A stretch of 37,275 nt of DNA. Origin: Octopus sinensis. Its lineage: Eukaryota. The first letter of the stretch is position 1, and every line of letters begins with the position of its first letter. The translations under genes and the position numbers were made by a program. Shown here piece by piece: positions 24,172-37,205 of the stretch. The stretch lies in contig NW_021835926.1 of NCBI RefSeq assembly GCF_006345805.1, positions 1 through 37,275 of the forward strand. The letters are read 5' to 3'. The notes beneath the pieces were generated by a model. The model saw only the letters and a list, made by a program, of their open reading frames with translations, was not told where the DNA came from and made no database searches.

Positions 24172-24668
24172 GAGGAAAAGAGTGCATTGGGATGTTAGCC
24201 GAGTGTATGGGTTCAAAATAACAGAAAAATAGTATGAATACGAACCAGAGGCTCTGATAGAAAATGATCTTGTGGGACTTCGCTATAAAGACTGACTCAC
24301 GCAACTGAAGCAAGAAGACCGGATATGATTGTAGAGGACAAAATAAACAAACAGTGTAAGATAACAGATTTTGTAATTCCATATCAGAGTCAATACCAAA
24401 GAAATTAAAAGAAATGAGGAGTATCAGGATCCAGCCAGGGAACAGGAGACTGGAAGACCGAGACAACAATTATTCCAGTAGTAATTGGTGCACTTGGCAC
24501 AAAACAGAAAATGATACTTGAAAGACTAAAAGAAGTAGAAATGAAACTTCCATTGTTGACTTGCAGAAAAGTACCATCCCATCTCTGCAAGAATTCCAAG
24601 AAAAATTCTTGAGATTTGAGGAAACCAAACCTCAAGATACTTGCCAACTAAATTAGCATTCATTAGCA

Positions 24669-24720
<52 letters not shown>
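24172..24720 (+). mobile_element. R4/Dong-type LINE 3' end with (TAC)n tail
   Basis: RVHWDVSRVYGF...LWDFAIKTD...EARRPDMIVEDK...IIPVVIGALGT...LQKST...KILEI*; (TAC)n at 24671-24720. Confidence 0.85.
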
Positions 24721-24722
<2 letters not shown>

Positions 24723-24989
24723 AAGAAATGGAAGCCAATGCTCATCAGGTCGAGACCCATCTTTCCAGTAGCATCAGGTTGTACGTGAAAATGCGTGTAT
24801 GTCTGCGCGTGCGGGTGCGCGCGCGAGACAGTGCGATTGTGCATGTATGTATGTATGTATGTATGTATGTATGTATGTATGTATGTATCTATTTATGTAT
24901 ATGCCTGTTTATATGTACGTGAAACTGCGCGCCGATGCGTAGAGAGAATGTGAGCATGTATTTTGATATGAATATATATATATGTATAT

Positions 24990-25220
24990 ATACTTTCCAA
25001 AATGTAACTACATGTTGACTGCTGGCGATTTTTTTGCCTCCGTCTTCCTTTTCTCTTGGACTTTCCTCTGTCTCATGTTTCTGAAGAAGAGCTTTTTCTC
25101 GAAACGTAAAACACTCTTTCTTTCCTTCCCTGAGCGTCATATTAATACTTTGCATGTGCCACGTCCTCACGTTGTTGTTTTTTGTTGCCTTTTTCCTCCG
25201 TTTTTTTTTGTTAACTATAT
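24990..25220 (+). mobile_element. Penelope-like terminal-repeat fragment (family H1 copy 2)
   Basis: Homologous to 13520-13716 and 36366-36565 (CTCGAAACGTAAAA...GAGCGT.A.A.TAATAC). Confidence 0.65.
25076..25113 (+). ncRNA. Minimal type I hammerhead ribozyme motif
   Basis: Stem I TGTTT/AAACA; core CTGAAGA; one extra A; stem II GAG/CTC with a 6-nt loop; GAAA; loopless palindromic stem III AC/GT; cleavage triplet GUA. Activity is not shown. Confidence 0.7.
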
Positions 25221-25409
25221 ATATATATAAATAAAAGAATATACAAGTGCGAGTATGATTATATATCAGTACGCGAAAGTGTCTGTGTGTATATGCCTGT
25301 GTACAAATCTGCATGTATAGAGATATACATGTATGTATATGAAGTTATACATACGTGTATGTATGTGTGTATATATATATATATATGTATGTGTGTATGT
25401 ATATATATA

Positions 25410-25463
<54 letters not shown>

Positions 25464-25464
25464 A

Positions 25465-25665
25465 TTCTTTTATTTGTTTCAGTCGATTGACAGTGGCCAT
25501 GCTGGAGCACCACCTTTAGTCGAACAAATCGACCCCAGAACTTATTCTTTGTAGGCCTAGTACTTATTCTATCGGTCCTTTTTGCCGAACCGCTAAGTTA
25601 CGGGGACATAAACACACCAGCATCGGTTGTCAAGCGTTGTCGGGGGACAAAGACAGACGCACAAA
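25465..25665 (-). mobile_element. SINE family A 3' half
   Basis: Close homology to 11745-11960. Confidence 0.85.
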
Positions 25666-25933
25666 TATACACACATACATATATACATACATGTACACAT
25701 ATATTTGTAAGAATATCTATCTACCTATATCTATCCATGTATTTTCCCTCTCTCTCACTCATTCCCCTCTCTCACTTATTTTCTCTCCCTTTTCTCCCTC
25801 TCCTTCTATATGTATGTATATATGCACGTATATATATATATATGTGTGTGTGCGCAATGCGTACTCACATGTGCGTATGTATAATTTCTAAATTGATTCG
25901 GAAACGATACGAAAGGCATATATATATATATAT

Positions 25934-26010
<77 letters not shown>

Positions 26011-26227
26011 ATATATGTATATATGTATATATGTATATATGTATATATGTATGCATATATATAATAATTAATTTGTGTATGAGTATATACACACATAAAT
26101 AGATACCTGCTACAGTGTCACAATTTCTATAATCTCACGTTATTTCGTTTTTTGCGTTCGGATCTTGTATATTTTTTCCTTCAACTTTTCTCTTTGTTAA
26201 TATATATATTTTCGAGTTCGAAAATAA

Positions 26228-26230
<3 letters not shown>

Positions 26231-26282
<52 letters not shown>

Positions 26283-26595
26283 GCGCACACACGCACACAC
26301 ACACACACACGCACACACACACACACCCACACACACACGCACACCGCACACACCACACACGCACACACACAGCACACACACACACACGCACACACACACA
26401 CACACGCGCACACACACACACACACACACACGCGCACACACACGCACACACACACACGCGCACACACACACACGCACACACGCACACACGCACACACACA
26501 CGCACACACACACACACACAGACACACACGCATACACACACATACACACACACATACACGCACACACACACACACACGCACACACACACACGCAT
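26231..26595. repeat. Long degenerate (CA)n microsatellite
   Basis: Direct reading; source of the CV/HT ORFs. Confidence 0.95.
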
Positions 26596-26781
26596 ATATG
26601 AAAAGAACGAGAAAAAGAAGAGAAGGCTATAGGAAGAAAAAAAGAAGTGAGTGTACCTTTTTCTAATAAGTTATTGATGAGAGAGAGATCCAAGAAAGCA
26701 TCTCGCTCACTGTGTGTGTACATGTGCTTGTTAGAAACATTACACGTGGCTGTACACACACACGCACACTCACAAACACAT

Positions 26782-26841
<60 letters not shown>

Positions 26842-27144
26842 GCACGCACACGTATACATTGTGAGTGGCTGGCAGTGTGGATGCTGTTTTTTATTGCGCG
26901 CCCATTGTTCTGTTGCCATTGCATATCTTTTACTCTTTTCACATTCGAATCCCTCGGAATTTCACAGTTTTCGTTTGTGTATTTTTGGTCTTTAGTTGTA
27001 GCGACAGCAACGGCAGCAACAACAACAACAACAACAACAACAACAGCAGCAGCAGCAGCAGCTTACCTAACTTTTAGATATTGATTTTATTGTATCTTAA
27101 TTTATTCCATTATATTGTATTTTCACATCTATGAGTGTATAGTG

Positions 27145-28760
<1,616 letters not shown>

Positions 28761-28962
28761 GAGATAGATAATATAGATACCTTGGTTATATAATGAATTA
28801 CGTATATATATCTTCGCATTTACTTTGTTAGGCAGCGTGACAATTGGTGATACGTAGTATTATGTTTTATTATGTGATGCGAGCGAATTATGTCAAGATA
28901 TGCATACATACATACATACAGATACATACATTCATGCATATACACATACATACATACATATA

Positions 28963-29030
<68 letters not shown>

Positions 29031-29796
29031 CAAACACACATACAACCACTATATACATACATACATATCTATAGAAAGATATACTTCGCACGTCACATTG
29101 CTATAGAGTTTTATTTGATATGAAAGGTATTACACGTCGTATTGAAATGTATACAAATATGTGTCTCTATATATATATATGTATTATGTATATGTACATA
29201 CACATCTTCAGGTTTATGTATATTTATAAGAATATATATTTTTTGTATCTTTTTATATGTGTTATGTGTGTATATATGTGTATATAATCAAGGAAAAGCA
29301 CTCACAACACAAAGTTGTATATATATATTATTTTTTTTAGAAGCTGAATCTACAGTTGGACACAAAATTTTGTTTCTCTTGTAACCAGTACACACGGAAG
29401 AAATCAATCCAGTAGGATTAAATTGATTTTGTCTCTGTTATGTAATTGCCATATGCCCAAACACTACCTTGTCAGCCAAATCCTTCTTTCAAATGCATTA
29501 GTTCATCGTGCAAATAATTCTTGCAGATAAGGGACAAACTAAAAGTTACGCCGGGACTACTGAAAGCAGATATTGTAGGAGAATATTGCAATTTGCTTAA
29601 AGTGTTGCAATGTGTGCAAATGAGATGTTTTCAAAAATGTTTCAGCAATGTAGGTAAGGCATTTAATAAAATATTTATTCATTGATCCTCTAATATTTCG
29701 GGAAAAGTTTTCCTTTCCAAATAGAAGAAAGAATCCGATAAGGAGTTTGAAGAAATATCTTATTATTTGTATTGTCTTGTATTATCATTTCATAAC

Positions 29797-30112
29797 TGGC
29801 ACTCCGTCGGTTACGACGACGAGTGTTTCAGTTGATCCCATCAATGGAACAACCTGCTCGTGAAATCAACGTGCAAGTGGCTGAGCATTACTCACCCTTA
29901 ACATCGTTCTTAGGGAGATTCAGCGTGACACAGAATGTAGCAAGGTTGGTCCTTTGAAATACAGGTACAACTAATTTTTGCTAGCCGGGGTTGATTGAAG
30001 CAGCGTGAAATGAAATGTCATGCATCAAGGACACAATGCGTTACTGGGAATCGAACTCACAACGTCATCATCGTGATCCGAATACCCAAAACCACTAAAC
30101 CACGTGCATTTC
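29797..30112 (-). mobile_element. tRNA-derived SINE family C
   Basis: Minus-strand head GTGGTTTAGTGG...GAGTTCGATTCCC, CORE-like TGTGTCCTTGA; body homologous to 33502-33808. Confidence 0.8.
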
Positions 30113-30874
30113 GTAACACACGCATGCAAGCGCGCGCGCCCAAGCACACATATATACACGCACACATATACACACGCACACATATATACACACACACACA
30201 CGTTCAAACGAGTTCAAATATTCAGATTGACATCTCACTATCCTCACTGTCCAAATATATTTGGATTCTAAAGTATGATAATAGTAAAAAAAAAAAAAAG
30301 ATAAATCGATTGGTCCATTATAGGATTCACGTCTTTTATAAACGATTCCGGAATATGCGACGTTTAAGAAGTATAACATTCTATTGCAGCTCTTTGTGCT
30401 TTAGAACTAAAATTTGTAAACTCTTATAGAAACCTCTATCTATATTTTTTGAGGAATTTCCTAATAACAATTATCTTCAAAAGTTTATTTCCTACATAGA
30501 ACATTTGCTATATTCGGAAAGATGGTTACATATTGGGAAAATGTCATTTAGTTTTTATCAATAAAAATACTGTATTAAAACAGCCATCTTATTTGCGTTT
30601 GTGTGCTTTATACATATGATACAGAAAATATGAAAATATCAAATGCCTTTGTGTATAAGTAGATGATTGCATCATATATTTTGCGCATAAAAATTGAATA
30701 GACAAATGAGCGAAACATTACTAACGGTTTTTGAAGTAATCAAACCGTAAATGATTAATTATATTTCGATGAGTTTACAAATATTTTTGCTTATATATTG
30801 TCACGCTGCTTCCTTTCTTGAACTGTTTGGATAAACAACAAGGTGAGGAGCAGTGTAAATATTCAAGACGTTAT

Positions 30875-30939
30875 TGTTGTTGTTGCCGCTCGCAACGACG
30901 TCGTCGTCATCATCGTTGTTTGTTGTTGTTGTTGTTGTT

Positions 30940-30977
<38 letters not shown>

Positions 30978-31180
30978 GTTCTTGTTTGTTGTTGTTTGTT
31001 GTTCTTCTTCTTCTCTCTTGTTTCTTTTCTTCTTCTTCTTTCTTCTTCTTCTCTCTTGTTCTTCTTTTCTTTCTTCTTTTCTTCTTCTTCTTCTTCTTCT
31101 TCTTTTTCTTTCTTCTTTCTTCTCTCTCTTCTTTCTCTTCTTCTTCTTCTTCTTCTTCTTCTTCTTCTTCTCTTCTTCGT
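30875..31180. repeat. (GTT)n then (CTT)n trinucleotide tract
   Basis: Direct reading. Confidence 0.95.
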
Positions 31181-31207
31181 GTATGTATGCATGTATGTAT
31201 ATATTAT

Positions 31208-32247
31208 AAAATTAATGAAGATCAAGAGATCGAAGATTTGCACATCTAAGTTTTATTATACAGTTATTTCATCGTTCTTCACTTAGACCTACGCGCGTTT
31301 CCACTGCAAGCCACTGCACACTGGTAAGTGTGAATCTTGGTGTTAATTATCAGTGCAACTTCATCAGGGGCGTTCATTTCTGCTGTTCAGATATCATCTG
31401 AAGAGACTATGCGATTGACCGAAATTATTCCATTATGAGGTGTTAGCGTTACTATAGTCATATATCTCGTGACCTGTAGTTTACCCCGGCTAGTTTGGTA
31501 TTTATTGCCATGTTTGGTCTTAAAGTAGGTCAATGTTCCTGTGTGTTCCTAATTTATATCCTAGATAATCATTCTACTAATTTAGAATAGTATTCCCATT
31601 TTTTCTAAAGGTATACAATAAATTTTCGGTTTTTTGTTATTTTAAAATTATTAATATATGTGTCTATAATTTTCTTGTTATGTTGAAATTAATTTAATAT
31701 CTTGCTTACATTTAAATTTATCCGACTTAAACTTGGTTTTCAACTCTTAAAATTTTATATAGTTTATTTTTGTAGTGGTTTACATTTAATTCAGGTTCTT
31801 TATTTGTTATAATTGAATTAATTCTAATTCTAATTTCAGTAGTTCGTCTACTATATTTACTTAAACTTCTCAAAAGTATATTTAAATGCATGAACACATC
31901 TTTTTACACTTTCCTGTCTATGGTTTATCAATTTAAATCTTGAGGTAAGGATTTGGTAAATTTCTTCGATACACAATTCACAACGTTTGCTTCCTCTGCA
32001 GTACAGGTTTAGTTCTACTAATTATCTTCCAGTTAATTGTGCAGGCTTTATTGTTATCGTTTAGTGATCAAATAAATTTACTTAAGACTCCTATTATGTT
32101 TCTTTTTTATCCTTAAACGATGCACACTTAACAGTGTGCAGCGGCCCTCAGCGGGGACGCGTGTAGGTCTAAATGAAGAACGATGTAAATAACTGTATAA
32201 AGAAGCTTGGATGTGCAAATCCCTTTTCCACTCAACTTCATTAATTT
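31208..32247 (-). mobile_element. 5'-truncated Penelope-like element with GIY-YIG C-terminal remnant and inverted pLTR
   Basis: Minus 32085-31888 encodes LSKFI*SLNDNNKACTINWKII, then after a frameshift GSKRCELCIEEIYQIL...LINHRQE. Arms 31235-31336 and 32119-32221 are inverted repeats (16 differences in 103 columns by hand). CTGATGA (31367-31361) and GAAACGCGCGTA (31301-31290) lie on the minus strand. Confidence 0.8.
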
Positions 32248-32357
32248 CATTATTTTCTCTACGGAAACTATGCAGTCCTCAGAAGGACACTAGGATATAC
32301 CAAGTGAAGATTAACCGAATATAGTAAATTTTAACTAACTAACTATATATATATATA

Positions 32358-32570
32358 CCGGAGTAAGCACATAAATGTGAAACAAAGTGGTAAAAAGAGT
32401 ACTCAGTTACCAGAGGTAGAGTAATATGCTTTATTTAAAAGCAGCAGAAATATAACAAAAGCTGTTACTCAGAGTTTCACGTTCCCCCTCCCGTCGTCTG
32501 TGAACGGGAACGGAAACTCTGAGTAACAGCTTTTGTTATATTTCTGCTGGTACTTTTAAATAAAGTATAT
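32358..32570. mobile_element. Penelope-like terminal fragment forming a fold-back around two hammerhead remnants
   Basis: Perfect 37-bp inverted repeat 32442-32478 / 32513-32549 plus a 13-bp outer pair; GAAA-CTC-T-GAG-TA occurs on both strands. Confidence 0.65.
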
Positions 32571-32983
32571 ATTTATTATATATATATATAGATATATATA
32601 TATATAATATATATATATATATTATATAATAACAAAGTAAAGTTGTAATTACCGCACGAATGGAAATATATGAAAGAAGGTTTGAAAATGCAATTTTAAA
32701 GATGTTTATTCACTTGACCGGTTTCACTTTTTTAGAAAAAATTGTCAAAAGTAAAATGTAAAGCTTTGTATAAGCTGTGTTGTGTTAAGTACTGGTTATC
32801 ACTAAAGTATTAAAATACAGATATACAGTCTTTGATAATAATAAGAACATTTTCAAAACAGTTTACAAGAAAGTATGTAAGAAAGTATTCAACGATAATG
32901 TATTAGGAGTTCAATAAAAATTATGCTTGTTTGGTAGTATATATATAGTATATATACACAGAAGGAGATATATTTAAATATAG

Positions 32984-33065
<82 letters not shown>

Positions 33066-33501
33066 CACAACACACATATATATATATAGAGAGAGAGAAA
33101 GAGTGAAATAGAGAAAGTGAGAGAAAGAGATTAAGAAAGGCTTATGCGCACGCGTGTATGTGTGTGTGTGTGTTTTGAAATTCCATGATATAAAGTAATA
33201 CGGAGTGTAATTTCTGTTTTGTCTTTTGAATATTGTTTTATTCAATTATATCTTACGTTAAAAAATATTCCTTTGATAATTAGTGTTCCTGTCGACATTT
33301 GTTTGTCTTTCGACATTTTGTAGAAACCCCAAGAAATTTGATATAAATGCAATTCTAATAAATCTATGTCGTATTTCTTGATAGCAAAAGTTTGCGTCCA
33401 AAGTTACTCGTCATATCATGGGTTACCCTTTAGCTATACAACGGTGATCTATTCATAACATTTGGTACGTAATATGAGAGGATATAATATGGTGGGTTAT
33501 T

Positions 33502-33808
33502 GCTATGGTGGTTTGGATATTCGGCTCACGATCGGAAGGTGAGGATTTCGATTCCCGGTGACGCATTGTGTCCCTTGGCAAACCCTTTTATTTCATGTTG
33601 TTCCAGTCTACTCAGCTGTCAGAAATGAGTTGTACCTGTAATTCAAAGGGGGCCAGCTTTGTCACATTCTGTGCCACGCTGCATCTCCATAAGAACTAAG
33701 TTAAGGGTACGTGTGTTGGTGGAGTACCCAGCCACTTGCACGTTTATTTCTGTTCTGTTGATCGGATCAACTGGAACAGTTGTTGTCGTAACTGACTGAG
33801 TGGTAGTG
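33502..33808 (+). mobile_element. SINE family C
   Basis: Head ...TTTCGATTCCCGG, CORE-like CTCAGCTGTCAGAAATGAG; body is the reverse complement of 29797-30112. Confidence 0.8.
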
Positions 33809-33914
33809 TGAATACGTGTAAGTACTGCCTCGAGTCCTGGGACTCGAGTAGGATTCACAGAGCTTGTTACTCGTTTTCCATGGCATATAAATATCTGAGA
33901 TCTCAACGTTCCTT

Positions 33915-33998
33915 CCGAACAGGACTTCGCGGCAACAGCTGGGAATCGAAATTACGATCTCGCAAGGACGAGTGCAACACCATAACCTCTAGGCAGCA
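33915..33998 (-). mobile_element. Isolated SINE tRNA-like head
   Basis: Minus-strand GCCTAGAGGTTATGG...TTTCGATTCCC. Confidence 0.45.
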
Positions 33999-34048
33999 TA
34001 CCATCAATATATAAATGTCTCTTGTTAATAATGTAGTCAATATTTGTT

Positions 34049-34263
34049 GGGCGGCGAGGGACAGGAATCGTTAGCTCGCCAGACACAATGCTTAGCGACA
34101 TTTCGTCCGTTTTTTACGTTCTGAGTTCAAATTCCTCTGAGATCGACTTTGCCTTTCATCCTTTCGGGATGAGTAAAATAAAGTACCAGTCAGATTCTGG
34201 GATCGATGTAATCGACTTGCTCCCTTCTCCGAAACTGCTGGCCTTGTGCTAAAATTTAAAGCC
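34049..34263 (+). mobile_element. SINE family B, near full length
   Basis: GGCGGCGAG...GAATCGTTAGC head, GAGTTCAAATTCC, GCCTTTCATCCTTTCGGG. Confidence 0.85.
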
Positions 34264-34481
34264 AAATAATAAGAAAATAGTATAAAACAAGCTGTACGGC
34301 AGAAATGATTGTAAAATAAGCAAGGAATTATAATAAATCTAGTTTTGAGATCAAATCTCACCACAATTGATTTCTGGGGACAATAAAAGAAACACCAGTG
34401 CTGCTGATTGTATTAAGGTTTAGTTCCCCTATAGAAAACAAAAATATAATCGATGATATGACGTCACACGCTATTTTTCCT

Positions 34482-34812
34482 TTCATATTTATTTCAATCA
34501 TTGGATTTCGGGGAACCGCCTTGATGTGTTCTAATCGAACAAATCGATTCCATACTGATTTCTTTAAGCCCAGTACTTGTTCTATCGGTATCTTTTGCTA
34601 AACTGCTAGGTTACAGGGACATGATAAACCAACACCGGTTGTCAAATGGTGGAAGGAGTACAAATAGAGATACATGCACCTATTTGACGATCTCCTCACA
34701 GTTTCCGCCAACAAAATTCCCTCACAAGGCTTTGGCCTGGTCAGGGCTATAGCAAAAGACACTGCCGTGTAGTGGATCTGAACTCGAAAGCACGTGGCTG
34801 TAAAACGTGCTT
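34482..34812 (-). mobile_element. SINE family A, diverged copy
   Basis: AGTACTTGTTCTATCGG...CACAAGGCTTTGG...GGGCTATAG..AAAGACAC aligns to 11745-12216. Confidence 0.7.
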
Positions 34813-35181
34813 GGAAACCTTAGGAAATCAAATTTGTTAATACCATTCCTATACAGAATCTGATATTTTTGAATATAAATATTATATTATCGAATATAAA
34901 TACGAAATTATCAAACATAAAAGTTTAAATATTTGTAAACAATGTAATTTTAATAGAAAGTGTTTAATATTTTTTCTGTATTATTTCGGTCATAAAAGAG
35001 CTTTATTGTATATTTATCACGTGGGTGTACAGGTGATAAGTAACATTTCCTACCACAGTCTTCCATCTTTATATCAAAGTTATTTCCAGTCAACAGACAA
35101 ACGCAAATAGTCCTTTTTTTTTCACGCTAATGTTTCGAATCTTCTCTCCTTCTAAAAGATAGTAATAATGCTTTGTAACAT

Positions 35182-35735
35182 ATCTTTATATATAAAAGTA
35201 AGGTTGTGTGTCTGTCTCCTACGATTTAGATTCCTAACTACTCCCACATTTGCGGTGCAGTTTACCAAAACGGGGTATCCTATAGTCAATGATTCATATC
35301 GAGCCCTTCTGGGTATTAGCGCGAGTTACGATGAGTCTACGATTTAAAAAAAAAATTACTATCATTTTTTCCCATTTTAATGGCATTTTTTCACTATTAT
35401 ATAAGGGAAGTAACTCTCTAAAAATGTCCCGGGTATCTTATAGTCGTGATTCATATCGAGCTCTTCTGGGTATTAGCGCGCGTCTACGATGAGTCTACGA
35501 TTTAAAAAAAAATTTACCATCATTTGTTTCCATTTTAATGCATTTTTTCGCTATTATATAAGGGAAGTAACTCTCTAAAAACGTCTACGATGAGTCAACG
35601 ATTTAAAAAAAAATTACCATAATTTTTTTTCCATTTTTAATGCATTTTTTTGCTATTTTTTGGCTATAACTCTCTAAAATGCTTATATAGTTATTTCCCT
35701 TATAAACCCGAGCAACGCCGGGCGATACTGCTAGT
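35182..35735 (-). mobile_element. Non-autonomous Helitron-like element with internal 157-bp tandem repeats
   Basis: About 80 nt at the 5' end nearly identical to 11010-11090; repeat units start at 35291 and 35448, with a partial third unit at about 35581; ends AGACAGACACACAACC...TTTTATATATAAAGAT. Confidence 0.75.
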
Positions 35736-35924
35736 TAATAATAAAAAAAAATCCTCAAAAATTCACATTTGCGCCGGTGAATACAAAAATAGAGAAAATT
35801 AAGAATTAAACGTAGGAGCAATATGACTGACTTTTAAATCGGTTTACAAGGTTTCAAAGATCCAAATAGCAGATTTTGTGGCTTTGAAGACACTATTTTT
35901 GTAAAATAGTGAAGGTCCTCACCA

Positions 35925-36064
35925 GTGCTCGATAACCGATGTAGGTTTATTTACGTCTCCGTAACTTAGTGATTTTGGAAAAGAGATCGATGACTAAACT
36001 CTTCAAGGTTGTGCTCCAACTTGGCCACAGTCCAATAACTGAAACAGGTGAAAGATAAAAGATA
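35925..36064 (+). mobile_element. SINE family A 3' fragment
   Basis: TTTACGTCTCCGTAACTTAG...GTGCTCCAACTTGGCCACAGTCCAATAACTGAAAC. Confidence 0.75.
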
Positions 36065-36365
36065 CTAGAAACATTATTTGATAATACGTTCGTTAAAGCG
36101 GTCAGGTATGTTTATTTCATATATATGAATGCGTGTGCATGTGTGTGACTGGCCAGACTGGAGCAATCTCGAGTATAACCAGCCGAAAAGCAAAAATAAT
36201 TTGGAACTCGACTGAGGAAAGAAAACTCCGAATGACCCGTTTTTGTTTTTTCTCGTCCCTTTTTTGTATCATATCTGGATGTTTTGTTGTCCCTTTTTTT
36301 CTATAATCTGTCTTGATGTTCTTGTCCCATCTTTTGTATTCCTATATATATATATATATATATAT

Positions 36366-36565
36366 ATCGCTATGTTGGCCCGCTGAACTCTACAGGTTTT
36401 TTTTCATACTGTCTGTTTATTTTCTCTTATTACTTTCTGTCAAAGAGCGTAGGCTCGAAACGTAAAAGACTTTTCCATTTTTCCCGAGCGTCATACTAAT
36501 ACACACTGCTTGTTGTCCTTACCCCTGTTCTTCGTCCTTTTTTCTCTATAAATTTGAACTATATA
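36366..36565 (+). mobile_element. Penelope-like terminal-repeat fragment with degenerate hammerhead (family H1 copy 3)
   Basis: CTTT-CTGTCAA-A-GAGC-GTAG-GCTC-GAAAC-GTA-AAAG at 36433-36468. Confidence 0.65.
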
Positions 36566-36589
36566 TATATAAACATGATATAAGTGTGT

Positions 36590-36626
<37 letters not shown>

Positions 36627-36859
36627 GTTTCACAGGCTGAAAGATAGATTTCCTTCGGCTAAACTCAATACATGTTGAGTTTGGGAAGTTGGTGTTTTTT
36701 TGTCTTCCTACATCATGGCTTGATGTTATGGTTTGCTTCTCTTAAGAAAAAATTACATCTTATCTGAAGAGAGTCGTCGCTTCTAGCCATGTTTGTCTGC
36801 ATCTCTATCTTCATATCAACTCGCCTCGATTTTTTTTTCTAGCCACTATTTAGCCAGCG

Positions 36860-37203
36860 GACTTAGTCCTCAGGAGTGTGAGTTCATCCCTACAGGAAGT
36901 GCAAAAAATCGTATTAACTGGAACGGCTCATGTACTGAGAAGAACATTTTCGCTGTGGAGACAACATCCATCCATGAATTTATTTATTTATTAATTTTTA
37001 AATACATATTTTATCTGTGAATTTGCGTGTGTAATCTGGGAATGCATACAATGAGCTTCTCTGCCTTAGGTGTATGGAAAACACTCGGCGAGAATTTGAA
37101 GAAAGAAGGAAAAACAACAACAACAATAATAATAATAATAATAATAATGATAATAATAATAATAATAATGATAATAATGATAATAATAATAATAATAATA
37201 ATA
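36860..37203 (+). mobile_element. R4/Dong-type LINE extreme 3' end with (AAC)/(AAT)n tail
   Basis: SLQEVQKIVLTGTAHVLRRTFSL from 36887 matches the LQK..L.GTA.ILR terminus of the other Dong-type ends; the UTR is followed by a triplet tail. Confidence 0.7.
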
Positions 37204-37205
37204 AA

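Noticed and set aside
21573-24720. Twin-priming inversion of a single LINE
   Set aside because: The plus and minus pieces overlap the same domain but have very different sequences, so they are different subfamilies.
31287-31323. 37-nt exon-like segment (CTTAG|...CTG|GTAAGT) paired with a downstream complementary arm, resembling an exon plus ADAR editing-complementary sequence with four A-C mismatches
   Set aside because: The segment lies inside the inverted pLTR of a Penelope-like relic whose spacer encodes a GIY-YIG remnant. Transitions give similar numbers of G-U and A-C pairs on both strands, and two are explained by CpG decay.
35291-35670. CRISPR-like array
   Set aside because: Units are about 157 bp, contiguous, lack unique spacers, and sit inside a Helitron-like element in eukaryotic DNA.
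36165-36240. CAGCCGAAA and CTGAGGA...TCCGAA hammerhead-like words
   Set aside because: Core spacing and stems do not fit a complete fold.
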